A stretch of 64,000 nt of DNA, taken from contig CAXGOB010000018.1 of assembly GCA_964011275.1 (NCBI GenBank), positions 2,951 to 66,950 of the forward strand, read 5' to 3'. The translations under genes and the position numbers were made by a program. Within the stretch, counting starts at the first letter, position 1. Each line of letters starts with the position of its first letter. The notes below the pieces were generated by a model. That model was given only the letters and a program-made list of their open reading frames with translations, had not been told where the DNA came from and did not search any database. This stretch comes from an uncultured Saprospiraceae bacterium (GTDB lineage: Bacteria; Bacteroidota; Bacteroidia; Chitinophagales; Saprospiraceae). Below are positions 50,805 to 60,053 of the stretch, piece by piece.

Positions 50805-52178
50805 ATGTGCCATAAAGTGACTTATGCTGGAATAAATCAAGAGGTTTCAAATGATGATGCCTTCAATACGTTATTGGATGTCTCTATTGAGAATCAAATT
50901 CCTCATCTTCATGAATGCGGAGGTCAAGGCAATTGTACCACATGCAGGGTAAGGGTGATTAATGGTATGCAAAACCTGACATCAAAGACCTAAAAGGAAA
51001 AGATCGTATCCCAAGCTAGAAAATGGGATCCTACAATCCGCTTAGCATGTCAAGCTTGTGTGAAAGGAGATGTGGAGATACAAAGATTAATTTGGTCAAA
51101 TGGCGAGGTGAATCAACTTCAAAAAGAACTTGCTCCTGAAGGTAGAGCCGAAGAACGTCCAATCGCAATTCTATTCTGTGATTTAAGGAACTACACGAGC
51201 ATGTCATCTAAGAACTTGACATTTGACATGGCATTTATGCTGAATCGGTTCTACACTGCATTAGGCGAACCAATTTTGATGAATAATGGAATTATTTATC
51301 AGTATGTTGGTGATGAGATAATTGGAGTTTTTGGAACAACTGGAGGTACTAAAGAGAAGAATTGTACTGATGCAATTAGAGCAGCTCTTGGAATGCAATA
51401 TGCCCTGGATTTATTGAATAAGACAGAGCTTCGGGATTTTAATATCACTTTAAAATCTGGAATTGGTGTAAACTTCGGTAGAGCATATGTCGGACATTTA
51501 GGTCATCCAACTCATCGGCAATTTTCTGTAATTGGTGATCCTGTAAATGTGGCAAGTAGGATTCAAGGACAAACCAAATTGAATGGAGTAAATATTCTTA
51601 TTTCTAAATCAGTAAGAGATAGCATCAAAAACAATCCGATAATGATTGGTGAATCTTTTGATGCTGACTTAGCTGGTATAGAAGAGACAGCTGAACTCTA
51701 TGAGCTTATTGGATTCAAGGATATGGACCTTCAGCTAGAATTGCAAGCCTCTCTGAATTTGATGTTGGATGATGAAGATAAGTTTGCGGCATTATTCTAT
51801 AACAATGTCTTTAAGATTGCTCCTCAAGCTAGAGCTTTGTTCAGAAGGAATATGACTGATCAAGGAAGATTGCTTACACATATGTTAGGAGGTATTGTTT
51901 ATTCACTTTCTAGACCACAACATCTGACCACAGGGCTTAAGAAATTAGGTGAAAGTCATGTCAAATATGGAGTGAAATTAGAGCATTATCCTGTTGTCAA
52001 ACAAGCAATGCTCGAGACCATTGATATGACCTTAGGGGAGAACAAAACGGAAAAGACCATGGATGCATGGAATGCTGCCCTGGATTTTGTCATAGATGCT
52101 ATGCAGAATGCCGCGAAAGCTATAGATATGAGAGAAACATCAATCAATGAGCAACAAGAAATAAAACAGGCTTCATAG
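50805..52178 (+). pseudogene. 2Fe-2S ferredoxin / class III adenylate-guanylate cyclase / globin three-domain gene with one in-frame TAA (alternatively a cyclase-globin CDS from the GTG at 51060)
   Basis: One frame is continuous across the TAA at 50991-50993. The Fer2 ligands are CGGQGNCTTC before the stop and IRLACQAC after it. The cyclase has metal Asp blocks ILFCDLRNYT and YVGDEIIGVF plus GDPVNVASRIQ. The C-terminal globin-like region is ALFYNNVFKIAPQARALF...LGESHVKYGVKLEHY...DAWNAAL. Confidence 0.65.
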
Positions 52179-52228
52179 GGAAGAACTGAAACATTTATTA
52201 TATTTTATATATCTAAAATTCAAAACGA

Positions 52229-52960
52229 ATGAAAGCAATCACATTCATTTATGGTATTATCGCTTACTTCATATTCTTTGCTACTTTTTTATATGCAGCA
52301 GGATTTATGGGAAATCTATTGGTTCCAAAAGACATTGATACAGGCCCTGAGACTAGCATGACATCTGCTCTCATTATTAATGCTCTTTTGTTGTCTGTTT
52401 TTGCTGTCCAACATAGTCTCATGGCTCGACCAGCATTCAAGGAATGGTGGGTTAAATTAGTAGGTAAAGCGGGAGAACGTAGTACATATGTATTGTTCTC
52501 TAGTTTGGCACTTATTCTCCTTTTTTGGAAATGGCAGCCTATTAAATCAACAATATGGGAAGTTGAGAATGAAACATTGAGACTGGTCTTGACAGGAGTG
52601 TTTTTAGTTGGGCTATTAGTTGTATTGCTTTCTACTTTTATGATAAACCATTTCAGCCTTTTTGGTCTAAAGCAAGTTTATCAGAATATGATGAATCAAA
52701 AAGAAACAGAAGAGCCTTTTACAACTCGATTCTTTTATGCATTTGTAAGGCACCCCATTATGCTCGGTTTTTTGATTATGTTATGGGCTGTCCCTACCAT
52801 GACCTTAGGCCACCTATTCTTTTCAATAGGAAGTACTCTTTACATATTTATTGCCGTGAAATATCTAGAAGAAAAAGACTTAAGAAATATGATTGGAAAG
52901 AAATATGAGGACTATCAGAAAAAGGTCCCTATGTTGATTCCATTCATTGGATGGAAATAA
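52229..52960 (+). CDS. ICMT/PEMT-superfamily membrane methyltransferase (MddA-like)
   Basis: 243 aa polytopic protein. Blocks FLYAAGFMGNLLVPKDID, FAVQHSLMARPAFKEWW, ERSTYVLFSS and INHFSLFGLKQV match my memory of the methanethiol S-methyltransferase MddA family. Not verified. Confidence 0.5.
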   Translation: MKAITFIYGIIAYFIFFATFLYAAGFMGNLLVPKDIDTGPETSMTSALIINALLLSVFAVQHSLMARPAFKEWWVKLVGKAGERSTYVLFSSLALILLFWKWQPIKSTIWEVENETLRLVLTGVFLVGLLVVLLSTFMINHFSLFGLKQVYQNMMNQKETEEPFTTRFFYAFVRHPIMLGFLIMLWAVPTMTLGHLFFSIGSTLYIFIAVKYLEEKDLRNMIGKKYEDYQKKVPMLIPFIGWK

Positions 52961-52967
52961 ATAGAAG

Positions 52968-52999
52968 GTGTCGAGCATATAAAGTGTTCGACACTTTTT
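52968..52999 (+). terminator. rho-independent terminator
   Basis: GTGTCGA-loop-TCGACAC hairpin followed by TTTTT, 8 nt after the stop at 52960. Confidence 0.6.
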
Positions 53000-53109
53000 A
53001 GTAAAAGAGAGGAGTCAGATGTTGGTTAAATTGTCATTGTTATGTAAGTTCATATAAATATTTATATAGCGGCATTTTCCTGTTGCTTACCATTGTAAGC
53101 CCAATATTT

Positions 53110-53592
53110 ATGACACCCACATACCAGAGAATATGTGCATTGCTTCAGAGTCAAAATCTTCGTTTTGAGGAAATCCATCATATAGCCACGCCGACATCTA
53201 TTGATTCTGCAAAGATTAGAGGGGATGATCTATCTCAAGGTGCAAAGGCTATATTGTATAAAGTACAGGATGGATTTTCATTATTCGTTTTTGCTGCTGA
53301 TAAAAGAATGAATCCAAAATTGATAAAGGATCACTTTAAGTCCAAGGGAAAGAAAGCAAAAAAGACTCGATTTGCATCTAATGAAGAATTGAAGGACTTG
53401 ACAGGACTAGTTCCAGGATCTGTACCACCTTTTGGAAGACCTATATTAGACTTTGACCTCTATATTGATCCTTCTTTATTGGAAAATGAAATCATTGCTT
53501 TTAATGCAGGTTCAATTACCGATTCTATTAAAATGAGTCTTTCTGACTACATTGATGTGAGCAGAGGAGAGGTCTTTACATTTTGCGACTGA
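53110..53592 (+). CDS. YbaK/ProX-type aminoacyl-tRNA deacylase domain protein
   Basis: The ORF is open from the TTG at 53083. The ATG at 53110 gives MTPTYQRICALLQSQNLRFEEIHH. Blocks GAKAILYK, VPGSVPPFG and FNAGS are typical of YbaK/EbsC domains. Confidence 0.65.
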   Translation: MTPTYQRICALLQSQNLRFEEIHHIATPTSIDSAKIRGDDLSQGAKAILYKVQDGFSLFVFAADKRMNPKLIKDHFKSKGKKAKKTRFASNEELKDLTGLVPGSVPPFGRPILDFDLYIDPSLLENEIIAFNAGSITDSIKMSLSDYIDVSRGEVFTFCD

Positions 53593-53687
53593 TTCTCTTT
53601 TCTATTCTTGATATTAATGATCAAAATTGGTTAGGAAGCGGATTTTTCGATACCAATATATGAGAGTACTGTTAACTTGACATCTCC

Positions 53688-54122
53688 TCAGATTGCCTTT
53701 TTACTTTTTACTAAATCATCTAAAATGATGCTGGTCTTAGAAATGCCATATTCCGCAATTCTATCCAATAAAGAAACCAAATGCTGATTATTACGGAGAT
53801 GTGCAGTCATAATCACACAATCTTCACCCGTAACCAGAAAACAGGACTGAATTTCTGGGAATGAATCAAGTGAATTTAGAAATGAGGCTCGTTTACCTAA
53901 ACCATATTTTACAGTAATGATAGCTTTGATATCAATACCTAACTTTTCCTCATTTAGTGCTATTGTGTAGCCTTCTATAATGCCTTCACTTTCCATGCTC
54001 TGTATTCTTTGTGCTACAGCCGGAGCAGTAAGTCCTATTGCTTTGCCAATTTTAGCAAAGGACATTCGAGCATTGGTTTTGAGTAGGGAAATGATTTCTA
54101 TATTAAAACTATCAATTTTCAT
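53688..54122 (-). CDS. Lrp/AsnC family transcriptional regulator
   Basis: 144 aa. Has an N-terminal HTH (ARMSFAKIGKAIGLTAPAVAQRIQSME) and a C-terminal AsnC-type ligand domain. It is divergent from a decarboxylase gene. Confidence 0.85.
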   Translation of the reverse strand: MKIDSFNIEIISLLKTNARMSFAKIGKAIGLTAPAVAQRIQSMESEGIIEGYTIALNEEKLGIDIKAIITVKYGLGKRASFLNSLDSFPEIQSCFLVTGEDCVIMTAHLRNNQHLVSLLDRIAEYGISKTSIILDDLVKSKKAI

Positions 54123-54214
54123 AATCGAAAGATAAATATCAAAAATAATACATAATCAATAGTTATAATGATATAATAGATATAAATACAAAGTGCTTTA
54201 ATTTTTATGCTTTG

Positions 54215-54222
54215 TATGTTTG
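54215..54222 (+). promoter_or_regulatory. candidate Bacteroidota-type -7 promoter box (TAnnTTTG)
   Basis: TATGTTTG lies 42 nt upstream of the ATG at 54264, in the Lrp/decarboxylase divergent region. This is a motif match only. Confidence 0.3.
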
Positions 54223-54263
54223 TAAGTGTTAATTAGAAAGTAATACGAATAGCTATACGAATT

Positions 54264-55673
54264 ATGAACAAATTTGATTTTACAAAAGAAGAAAGGAAAC
54301 AAATACGATCTATTGTTGAAGAGAACCTGAGTGAGTATTATTCAAATACCAAATCTAAAAAAGTAGGTAGATTGTTCGATCCTATTGAGGTAAAAGAATT
54401 TGTGAATCAGTTTGAATTTAAAGAGGAGAGTAATGCTGAAGATGTCATAGAAAATGTGATATATGGTTTGAGTGAATATGCCATTCAAACACCACATCCT
54501 AGTTATTATGGATTGTTTAACCCTAGACCTGGATATGCATCTATAATGGCTGATTATATTTCAGCTATGTTCAATCCTCAATTGGCTTCATGGAGTCATG
54601 CACCTTTTGCAAATGAGGTAGAAAGAAAGTGTATTGAAGAATTGGGTGCTAAACTTGGAATTAAAGACGCTGCAATAGATGGAGCTTTTTGTTCAGGAGG
54701 TGCAGAATCAAACCTCACAGCAGTGCTTTGTGCTTTAAATAATAAATACCCAAAACTAGCTAAAGAAGGAATAATTGGAATGAATTCTAGACCCGTCATT
54801 TATATCTCAGCAGAAGCACATCATTCTGTTCATAAAGCGGCTAGAATAACGGGATTGGGCACTGATGTCATTAGAACCATTAAGGTGAATAAAAACCTTG
54901 AAATGGATATTGATGATCTTGAACTCAGAATTGAAGAAGACCTTTCTTCAGGATACGAGCCCTTAATGGTTGTAGCCACCACGGGATCTACTGGAGCAGG
55001 AGCTATAGATAATGTGAAAGAAATTCTCGCTATCTCTAGTAGACATGGTATCTGGTTGCATGCAGACGCAGCATATGGAGCAGGGTTAAAAATTTCTTCT
55101 AAATATAGAGAGCATCTAGGAGCTGTTCATCTTGCTGACAGTATTACCATTGATTTGCACAAATGGTTTTCAGTACCGATGGGAGCAAGTGTAATATTGG
55201 TAAAAGACAGAAATATTCTTAAAAAAACATTTGAGATGCGGACGGATTACATGCCTCTTCATGAAAATGAGGTTACAGTTGATCCTTACTCCAATTCTAT
55301 ACAATGGTCCAGAAGAGCAATTGGATTAAAATTCTTTTTGCCTTTGGCGATACATGGTTGGAAAGTTTATGATGATACCATTACCCACCAAATTGAGATC
55401 GCTCAATATATGCGACAACAGCTTAAACGGTACAATTGGGAGATTACCAATAATACGCCACTACCTATTGTGTGTTTTACACATGATAATCTCAAAAACA
55501 GTGATGCTAAGGTGAATAAATTGATTGACACAATTGTGCAAAGTGGAAAGACATGGTGTTCTGCATATTCAGTGAATAATGAAATGTCGATTAGGGCTTG
55601 TATTACTAATTATGCTACATCAGAGCAGAATGTTGATGAGTTTGTCGAATTGTTAAATAGCGCAATGGAATAG
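54264..55673 (+). CDS. group II pyridoxal-dependent decarboxylase
   Basis: 469 aa. Has GGAESNLTA, HADAAYGAG and the PLP-lysine block IDLHKWFSVP. The substrate cannot be called from sequence. Confidence 0.8.
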   Translation: MNKFDFTKEERKQIRSIVEENLSEYYSNTKSKKVGRLFDPIEVKEFVNQFEFKEESNAEDVIENVIYGLSEYAIQTPHPSYYGLFNPRPGYASIMADYISAMFNPQLASWSHAPFANEVERKCIEELGAKLGIKDAAIDGAFCSGGAESNLTAVLCALNNKYPKLAKEGIIGMNSRPVIYISAEAHHSVHKAARITGLGTDVIRTIKVNKNLEMDIDDLELRIEEDLSSGYEPLMVVATTGSTGAGAIDNVKEILAISSRHGIWLHADAAYGAGLKISSKYREHLGAVHLADSITIDLHKWFSVPMGASVILVKDRNILKKTFEMRTDYMPLHENEVTVDPYSNSIQWSRRAIGLKFFLPLAIHGWKVYDDTITHQIEIAQYMRQQLKRYNWEITNNTPLPIVCFTHDNLKNSDAKVNKLIDTIVQSGKTWCSAYSVNNEMSIRACITNYATSEQNVDEFVELLNSAME

Positions 55674-55687
55674 AATTATTTGTTCTA

Positions 55688-56119
55688 ATGTTATTGAACA
55701 TTGAATTGGAATTTAACAGAATGAGTGCAAAATTTATCGGATCAGCAACAGTTTTGATCGTGCATGATGTAGAATCTACAGTCCTTTATTATAGAGATAA
55801 ATTGGGTTTTCATTTTAATAGATTTTGGGGAGACCCACCTTCATTTTGTATTCTTCATCGAGATGCTCACAGTATTATGCTGAGCAAGGTGGAATCTGAT
55901 TCTTTATTAACTCCAAATAATAATCTAACACTGGATTTTTGGGATATCTATTTTTGGACGGATGATGTAAGGGCATTAAGGGAAGAGTACATTACAAAAG
56001 GTGCAGAACTCTATCATCCTTTAACTGAAAAGGGATATGGAGTTTTAGAATTTGAGGTAAAGGATATAAATGGCTACATCATTGCCTTCGGTGAGGAATT
56101 GCCAGAACCTATACATTGA
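55688..56119 (+). CDS. VOC (glyoxalase/bleomycin resistance) family protein
   Basis: 143 aa. Has a beta-alpha-beta-beta-beta module pattern (VLIVHDVESTVLYYRDKLGF ... FEVKDINGYIIAFGE). An alternative start is the Met at 55721. Confidence 0.65.
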   Translation: MLLNIELEFNRMSAKFIGSATVLIVHDVESTVLYYRDKLGFHFNRFWGDPPSFCILHRDAHSIMLSKVESDSLLTPNNNLTLDFWDIYFWTDDVRALREEYITKGAELYHPLTEKGYGVLEFEVKDINGYIIAFGEELPEPIH

Positions 56120-56123
56120 CAAT

Positions 56124-56879
56124 ATGCATCGACACTCTTCAATAAATAAGATTCTCGCATTTCTTTCATTAATCCTTTATATATCGTGTACTGATTTAAG
56201 CTCAAATGAAAATGCAGAATCTAAGGAAGATTATGAGCTTCTGATCAATTTAGAAGGAGAAAGTAATTTTTGGTTAAGACGACACCTTGTGGACTATTTT
56301 GTCATGGTTGCACTTGGATCAGAATATGGCTCTGATTTTAAAATCAGTAGAAAATGGCATAGCCATATGAAAGTTATTGTAAAAGGAGTTCATGACCCTT
56401 TATTAATCAATGAGCTGGATAAAATTATAAATGAAATTAATGACCTCTCTCAGGATGGGTTTAGAATTGAAAGGGTGGGGGATGACGAAGAATCAAATTT
56501 TACGATCTTCTTAGGAGGAAAACGAGAATACAACCTGTTGTTTCCTGGTGCAAGTGATTTGATAGAAAAAAATGATGGTTTGTTTAGATTGAAAATGGAT
56601 GATTTTGTCATTAAAGAGGGTAGTCTTTTTGTGAATTCGGAGTTAAATTCATTTGAAGTGAAAAAGCATTTATTAAGAGAAGAATTAACTCAATCACTTG
56701 GGCTAGGAAATGATATTGAACATTATGCCAATAGTATTTTTTATCAGCAGCCATCTAGAGTAACAGAATACAGTACAAATGACAAAGAAATAATCAGACT
56801 ACTTTATCATCCGCAAATGGTAGCAGGGCTTTCAGAAGATTCTGTGAGGGGAATACTAGAAGGAATTTTGGGATTATGA
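56124..56879 (+). CDS. hypothetical lipoprotein (DUF2927-like?)
   Basis: The ORF is open from 56070 inside the previous gene. The ATG at 56124 gives MHRHSSINKILAFLSLILYISCTD (lipobox) right after the VOC stop. The block LREELTQSLGLGND is reminiscent of DUF2927. Not verified. Confidence 0.4.
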   Translation: MHRHSSINKILAFLSLILYISCTDLSSNENAESKEDYELLINLEGESNFWLRRHLVDYFVMVALGSEYGSDFKISRKWHSHMKVIVKGVHDPLLINELDKIINEINDLSQDGFRIERVGDDEESNFTIFLGGKREYNLLFPGASDLIEKNDGLFRLKMDDFVIKEGSLFVNSELNSFEVKKHLLREELTQSLGLGNDIEHYANSIFYQQPSRVTEYSTNDKEIIRLLYHPQMVAGLSEDSVRGILEGILGL

Positions 56880-56885
56880 CTTGAT

Positions 56886-56930
56886 AAAAAAAGCCAACAA
56901 CTTTAGTAGTCATTGGCTTTATTTTCTTTC
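56886..56930. terminator. possible bidirectional terminator between convergent genes
   Basis: The A-run, AAGCCAA-loop-TTGGCTT hairpin and T-rich run lie between the stops at 56879 (+) and 56975 (-). The loop is long (about 16 nt), so this is a weak call. Confidence 0.4.
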
Positions 56931-56974
56931 ACGTTCATGAACGAAGTGGGAACGCTAAGACATTGCTGTATCAT

Positions 56975-57919
56975 TTACCCTAATGTAGCAATTAACTTTT
57001 CTGCGAGTTCTATACCTATTTTTTCTTGTGCTTCTCCTGTACTTGCTCCTGTATGAGGAGTAAGCGATACCTTTTGATGATTTAATATATCAGCTCTTGG
57101 ATTGGGTTCATTTTCAAATACATCTAATCCAGCAGCCGCGATTTTACCACTATTTAATGCTGATATCATGGCTTCTTCATCAACAGTGCCACCTCTTGAG
57201 CAGTTTATAAGGATAACACCATCTTTCATTTTTGAAAACCCATCTGTAGAAAGGACATACTTTCCAATGTTTGGAATATGAAGAGTAATGATATCCGCAG
57301 AAGCTAACATTTTATCCATCGGAACAGTATTTACATCTACATCCATTCCAATCTCTTTTCCACCTAATCTTAATGTCGCTTTATCTATAAACGGATCTAC
57401 AGCCATGACATTCATTCCCATACTTAATCCAATCTCAGCAGTAGATTGTCCTATTCTACCGAATCCTATTACACCTAAGGTTTTTCCTTCAAGTTCAAAC
57501 CCTTTGGAGTAAGCTTTCTTGAGGGATTTGAACTCTGTACCACCTTTTGATGGCATATTTCTATTAGAATCATATAAAGATCTCGCTACTGATAGCATAT
57601 GAGCAAATGCTAGTTCTGCTACTGATCTAGATGATGCAGCCGGTGTGTTAAGAACAGCTATACCTTTACTTTTGGCATGATCCACATCAATATTATCTAA
57701 GCCAACACCACCTCTTCCTATTGCCTTTAGATTTGGACAAGCATCAATTAATTCAGTTCTTACTTTAGTCGCGCTTCTCACGCATATAGCATCGAAATCA
57801 GGCAATTGAGAAGGAAGATCTCCTTGCTCTATTTTGTCTAAACTTACTTCATGCCCAGCATCTTGAAGCAATTTAGCACCAGAAGGATGTATACCGTCGT
57901 TGATTAATATTTTAGCCAT
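56975..57919 (-). CDS. D-isomer-specific 2-hydroxyacid dehydrogenase (short D-3-phosphoglycerate dehydrogenase-like)
   Basis: 314 aa. Has the NAD fold [10 protein letters not shown], the CSRGGTVDE block and the catalytic His region LTPHTGAST. Confidence 0.8.
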   Translation of the reverse strand: MAKILINDGIHPSGAKLLQDAGHEVSLDKIEQGDLPSQLPDFDAICVRSATKVRTELIDACPNLKAIGRGGVGLDNIDVDHAKSKGIAVLNTPAASSRSVAELAFAHMLSVARSLYDSNRNMPSKGGTEFKSLKKAYSKGFELEGKTLGVIGFGRIGQSTAEIGLSMGMNVMAVDPFIDKATLRLGGKEIGMDVDVNTVPMDKMLASADIITLHIPNIGKYVLSTDGFSKMKDGVILINCSRGGTVDEEAMISALNSGKIAAAGLDVFENEPNPRADILNHQKVSLTPHTGASTGEAQEKIGIELAEKLIATLG

Positions 57920-58315
57920 GGTAGGATATAATTTTATAATAAGTCACAAATGTATGACTAAGATCTTCTTAAGGAAAGTGCGGGTATTAAAAGGCTATTT
58001 AGACAAATAATCTTAATAATTGGATTATCATTCATCTTGCATAATAATGTGTAGTACTCTCCTTGAATATGAAATAAATAGGTAACTCATCTCTATTGTA
58101 GGAAAGAAAATTTGGGTGAATTAATATTCCAGAATCTTGGATTAATGATCTTTATCTTAATCATGTGCACAATTAGTTTCTTGTTTTAAGCGAAATAATC
58201 TTGAAATAGTTTTTCTTGTACATCTAGAAGCCTCGCTTTTCTAGTAGTATAATAGAGTAGATATAAAAGTCAAAGAAAATTGAAAAGTTTAAAATCCAAT
58301 TCTTAGCATTGTCGT

Positions 58316-58906
58316 ATGAAGCAACCAAAACCTTTTTCTATACTATCAGACATTATTCATCAGAGAAGATCCATTTTTCCTCCTATGTATACTGGAGAAA
58401 AAGTGGATGATAAGATCATATTAGAATTGCTTAATAATGCGAATCAGGCTCCTTCTCATAAAAAGACCAATCCTTGGAGGTTTCATGTCATTTCGGGAGA
58501 TGGGTTGCTGCGATTGGCGAGTTTTTTTCAGAATACGTATAAAGAGAATATAGACCAAAGTGACTATAAAGAAGTAAAGTTTAAAAAACTTGGAACTAAT
58601 TCTCTCAAGGCAAGTCATGTTATAGTAGTCGGGGCAGAAATAAATCCTGAATCGGGTCTGCCAGAATGGGAGGAGATAGCTGCAGTAGCTGCTGCTGTTC
58701 AAAATCTGTATTTATCTGTTACTGCATTTTCTCTTGGTGGTTATTGGAGTAGCCCTTCACTTATGATTAATCATATTCATGAATTTATAGATTTAAGAAA
58801 AGATGAAAAATGTCTTGGCTTTTTCTTTATAGGTATTCCGCAAGGTGACCTAGGTCTAAAAGTTGAGAAAGGCGATATTGTTGAAAAGGTCAAATGGTAT
58901 CGATAA
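58316..58906 (+). CDS. nitroreductase family protein
   Basis: 196 aa. Has RRSIFPP near the N-terminus, APSHKKTNPWRF, and a C-terminal GIP block typical of the NfnB/FRase fold. Confidence 0.7.
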   Translation: MKQPKPFSILSDIIHQRRSIFPPMYTGEKVDDKIILELLNNANQAPSHKKTNPWRFHVISGDGLLRLASFFQNTYKENIDQSDYKEVKFKKLGTNSLKASHVIVVGAEINPESGLPEWEEIAAVAAAVQNLYLSVTAFSLGGYWSSPSLMINHIHEFIDLRKDEKCLGFFFIGIPQGDLGLKVEKGDIVEKVKWYR

Positions 58907-59001
58907 AATAATATTCTATTAATTACTGATATATAGACAAAGTTTATTGAAGTAAGAATATAAAACCCCAATCTTTGATAACTCTTTAGAAAGAAATTGG
59001 A

Positions 59002-59892
59002 ATGAAGAAAATAGCAGTAATAGGAGCAGGAACAATGGGGAATGGTATCGCTCATATATTTGCTCAAAGCGGCCATGATGTATCTTTAATAGATGTAAAT
59101 GAGGAAGCCTTAAAAAAGGCTATCTCTACAATTGAAAGAAATTTAGATAGACAGCTTACCAAGAATAAAATCACAATTGCAGAGGTGAAATCTGCACTTC
59201 AACATATCAAAACATTCACTGAAATGTCAGAAGGAGTAAAAGGAGCTGATTTAGTGATTGAAGCCGCAACTGAGAATGGAGATATCAAGGCTAAAATATT
59301 TAAGACTTTGGATGAAGTCACGGACCCATCTACCATATTAGCATCTAATACTTCATCTATTTCCATTACTAAAATCGCAGCTGGAACAAGCAGACCAGAT
59401 AAGGTGATAGGAATGCATTTCTTCAACCCTGTACCTGTCATGAAATTAGTAGAAGTAATCAGAGGATATTGCACCTCAGATGAAGTCACTGCTTCAATAA
59501 TGGATATTACTCAAAAACTGGGAAAGGTCGCTGTAGAAGTGAATGATTACCCTGGATTTACTTCAAATAGAATCCTGATGCCTATGATTAATGAAGCCAT
59601 TTATACTCTTCATGAAGGAGTAGCTGGAGTTCAAGAAATTGATACCGTTATGAAATTAGGAATGGCTCATCCTATGGGGCCTTTACAGTTAGCTGATTTT
59701 GTAGGATTGGATGTATGTTTAGCTATTTGCAATGTTTTATATGAAGGATTTGGAAATCCTAAGTATGCGCCTTGCCCTTTATTAGTGAATATGGTGACTG
59801 CCGGTAAGATGGGTAAGAAATCGGGAGAGGGTTTTTATGATTACAGCGGAGGTGGCAAGGATTTGGTGGTGAGTAAAAGTTTTGCTCAATAG
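59002..59892 (+). CDS. hbd: 3-hydroxybutyryl-CoA (3-hydroxyacyl-CoA) dehydrogenase
   Basis: 296 aa. Has the NAD fold VIGAGTMGNGIA, the catalytic region NTSSISIT / HFFNPVP, and the C-terminal dimerisation domain GMAHPMGPLQLADFVGLD. Confidence 0.9.
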   Translation: MKKIAVIGAGTMGNGIAHIFAQSGHDVSLIDVNEEALKKAISTIERNLDRQLTKNKITIAEVKSALQHIKTFTEMSEGVKGADLVIEAATENGDIKAKIFKTLDEVTDPSTILASNTSSISITKIAAGTSRPDKVIGMHFFNPVPVMKLVEVIRGYCTSDEVTASIMDITQKLGKVAVEVNDYPGFTSNRILMPMINEAIYTLHEGVAGVQEIDTVMKLGMAHPMGPLQLADFVGLDVCLAICNVLYEGFGNPKYAPCPLLVNMVTAGKMGKKSGEGFYDYSGGGKDLVVSKSFAQ

Positions 59893-60053
59893 AACTTTGT
59901 GAATTTAACTAAGCAAATGAAGTTACTTCTGCAGAAATAGTATTAACTGGAAAGTTTGACTGTCGAGGCTTGCTCACTCTGTAATAGAAGTTAGGAGATA
60001 CGTACAGTTTGGATGATAGATAGAAAACTGAATTACTTTTAAAATGTAGTACT

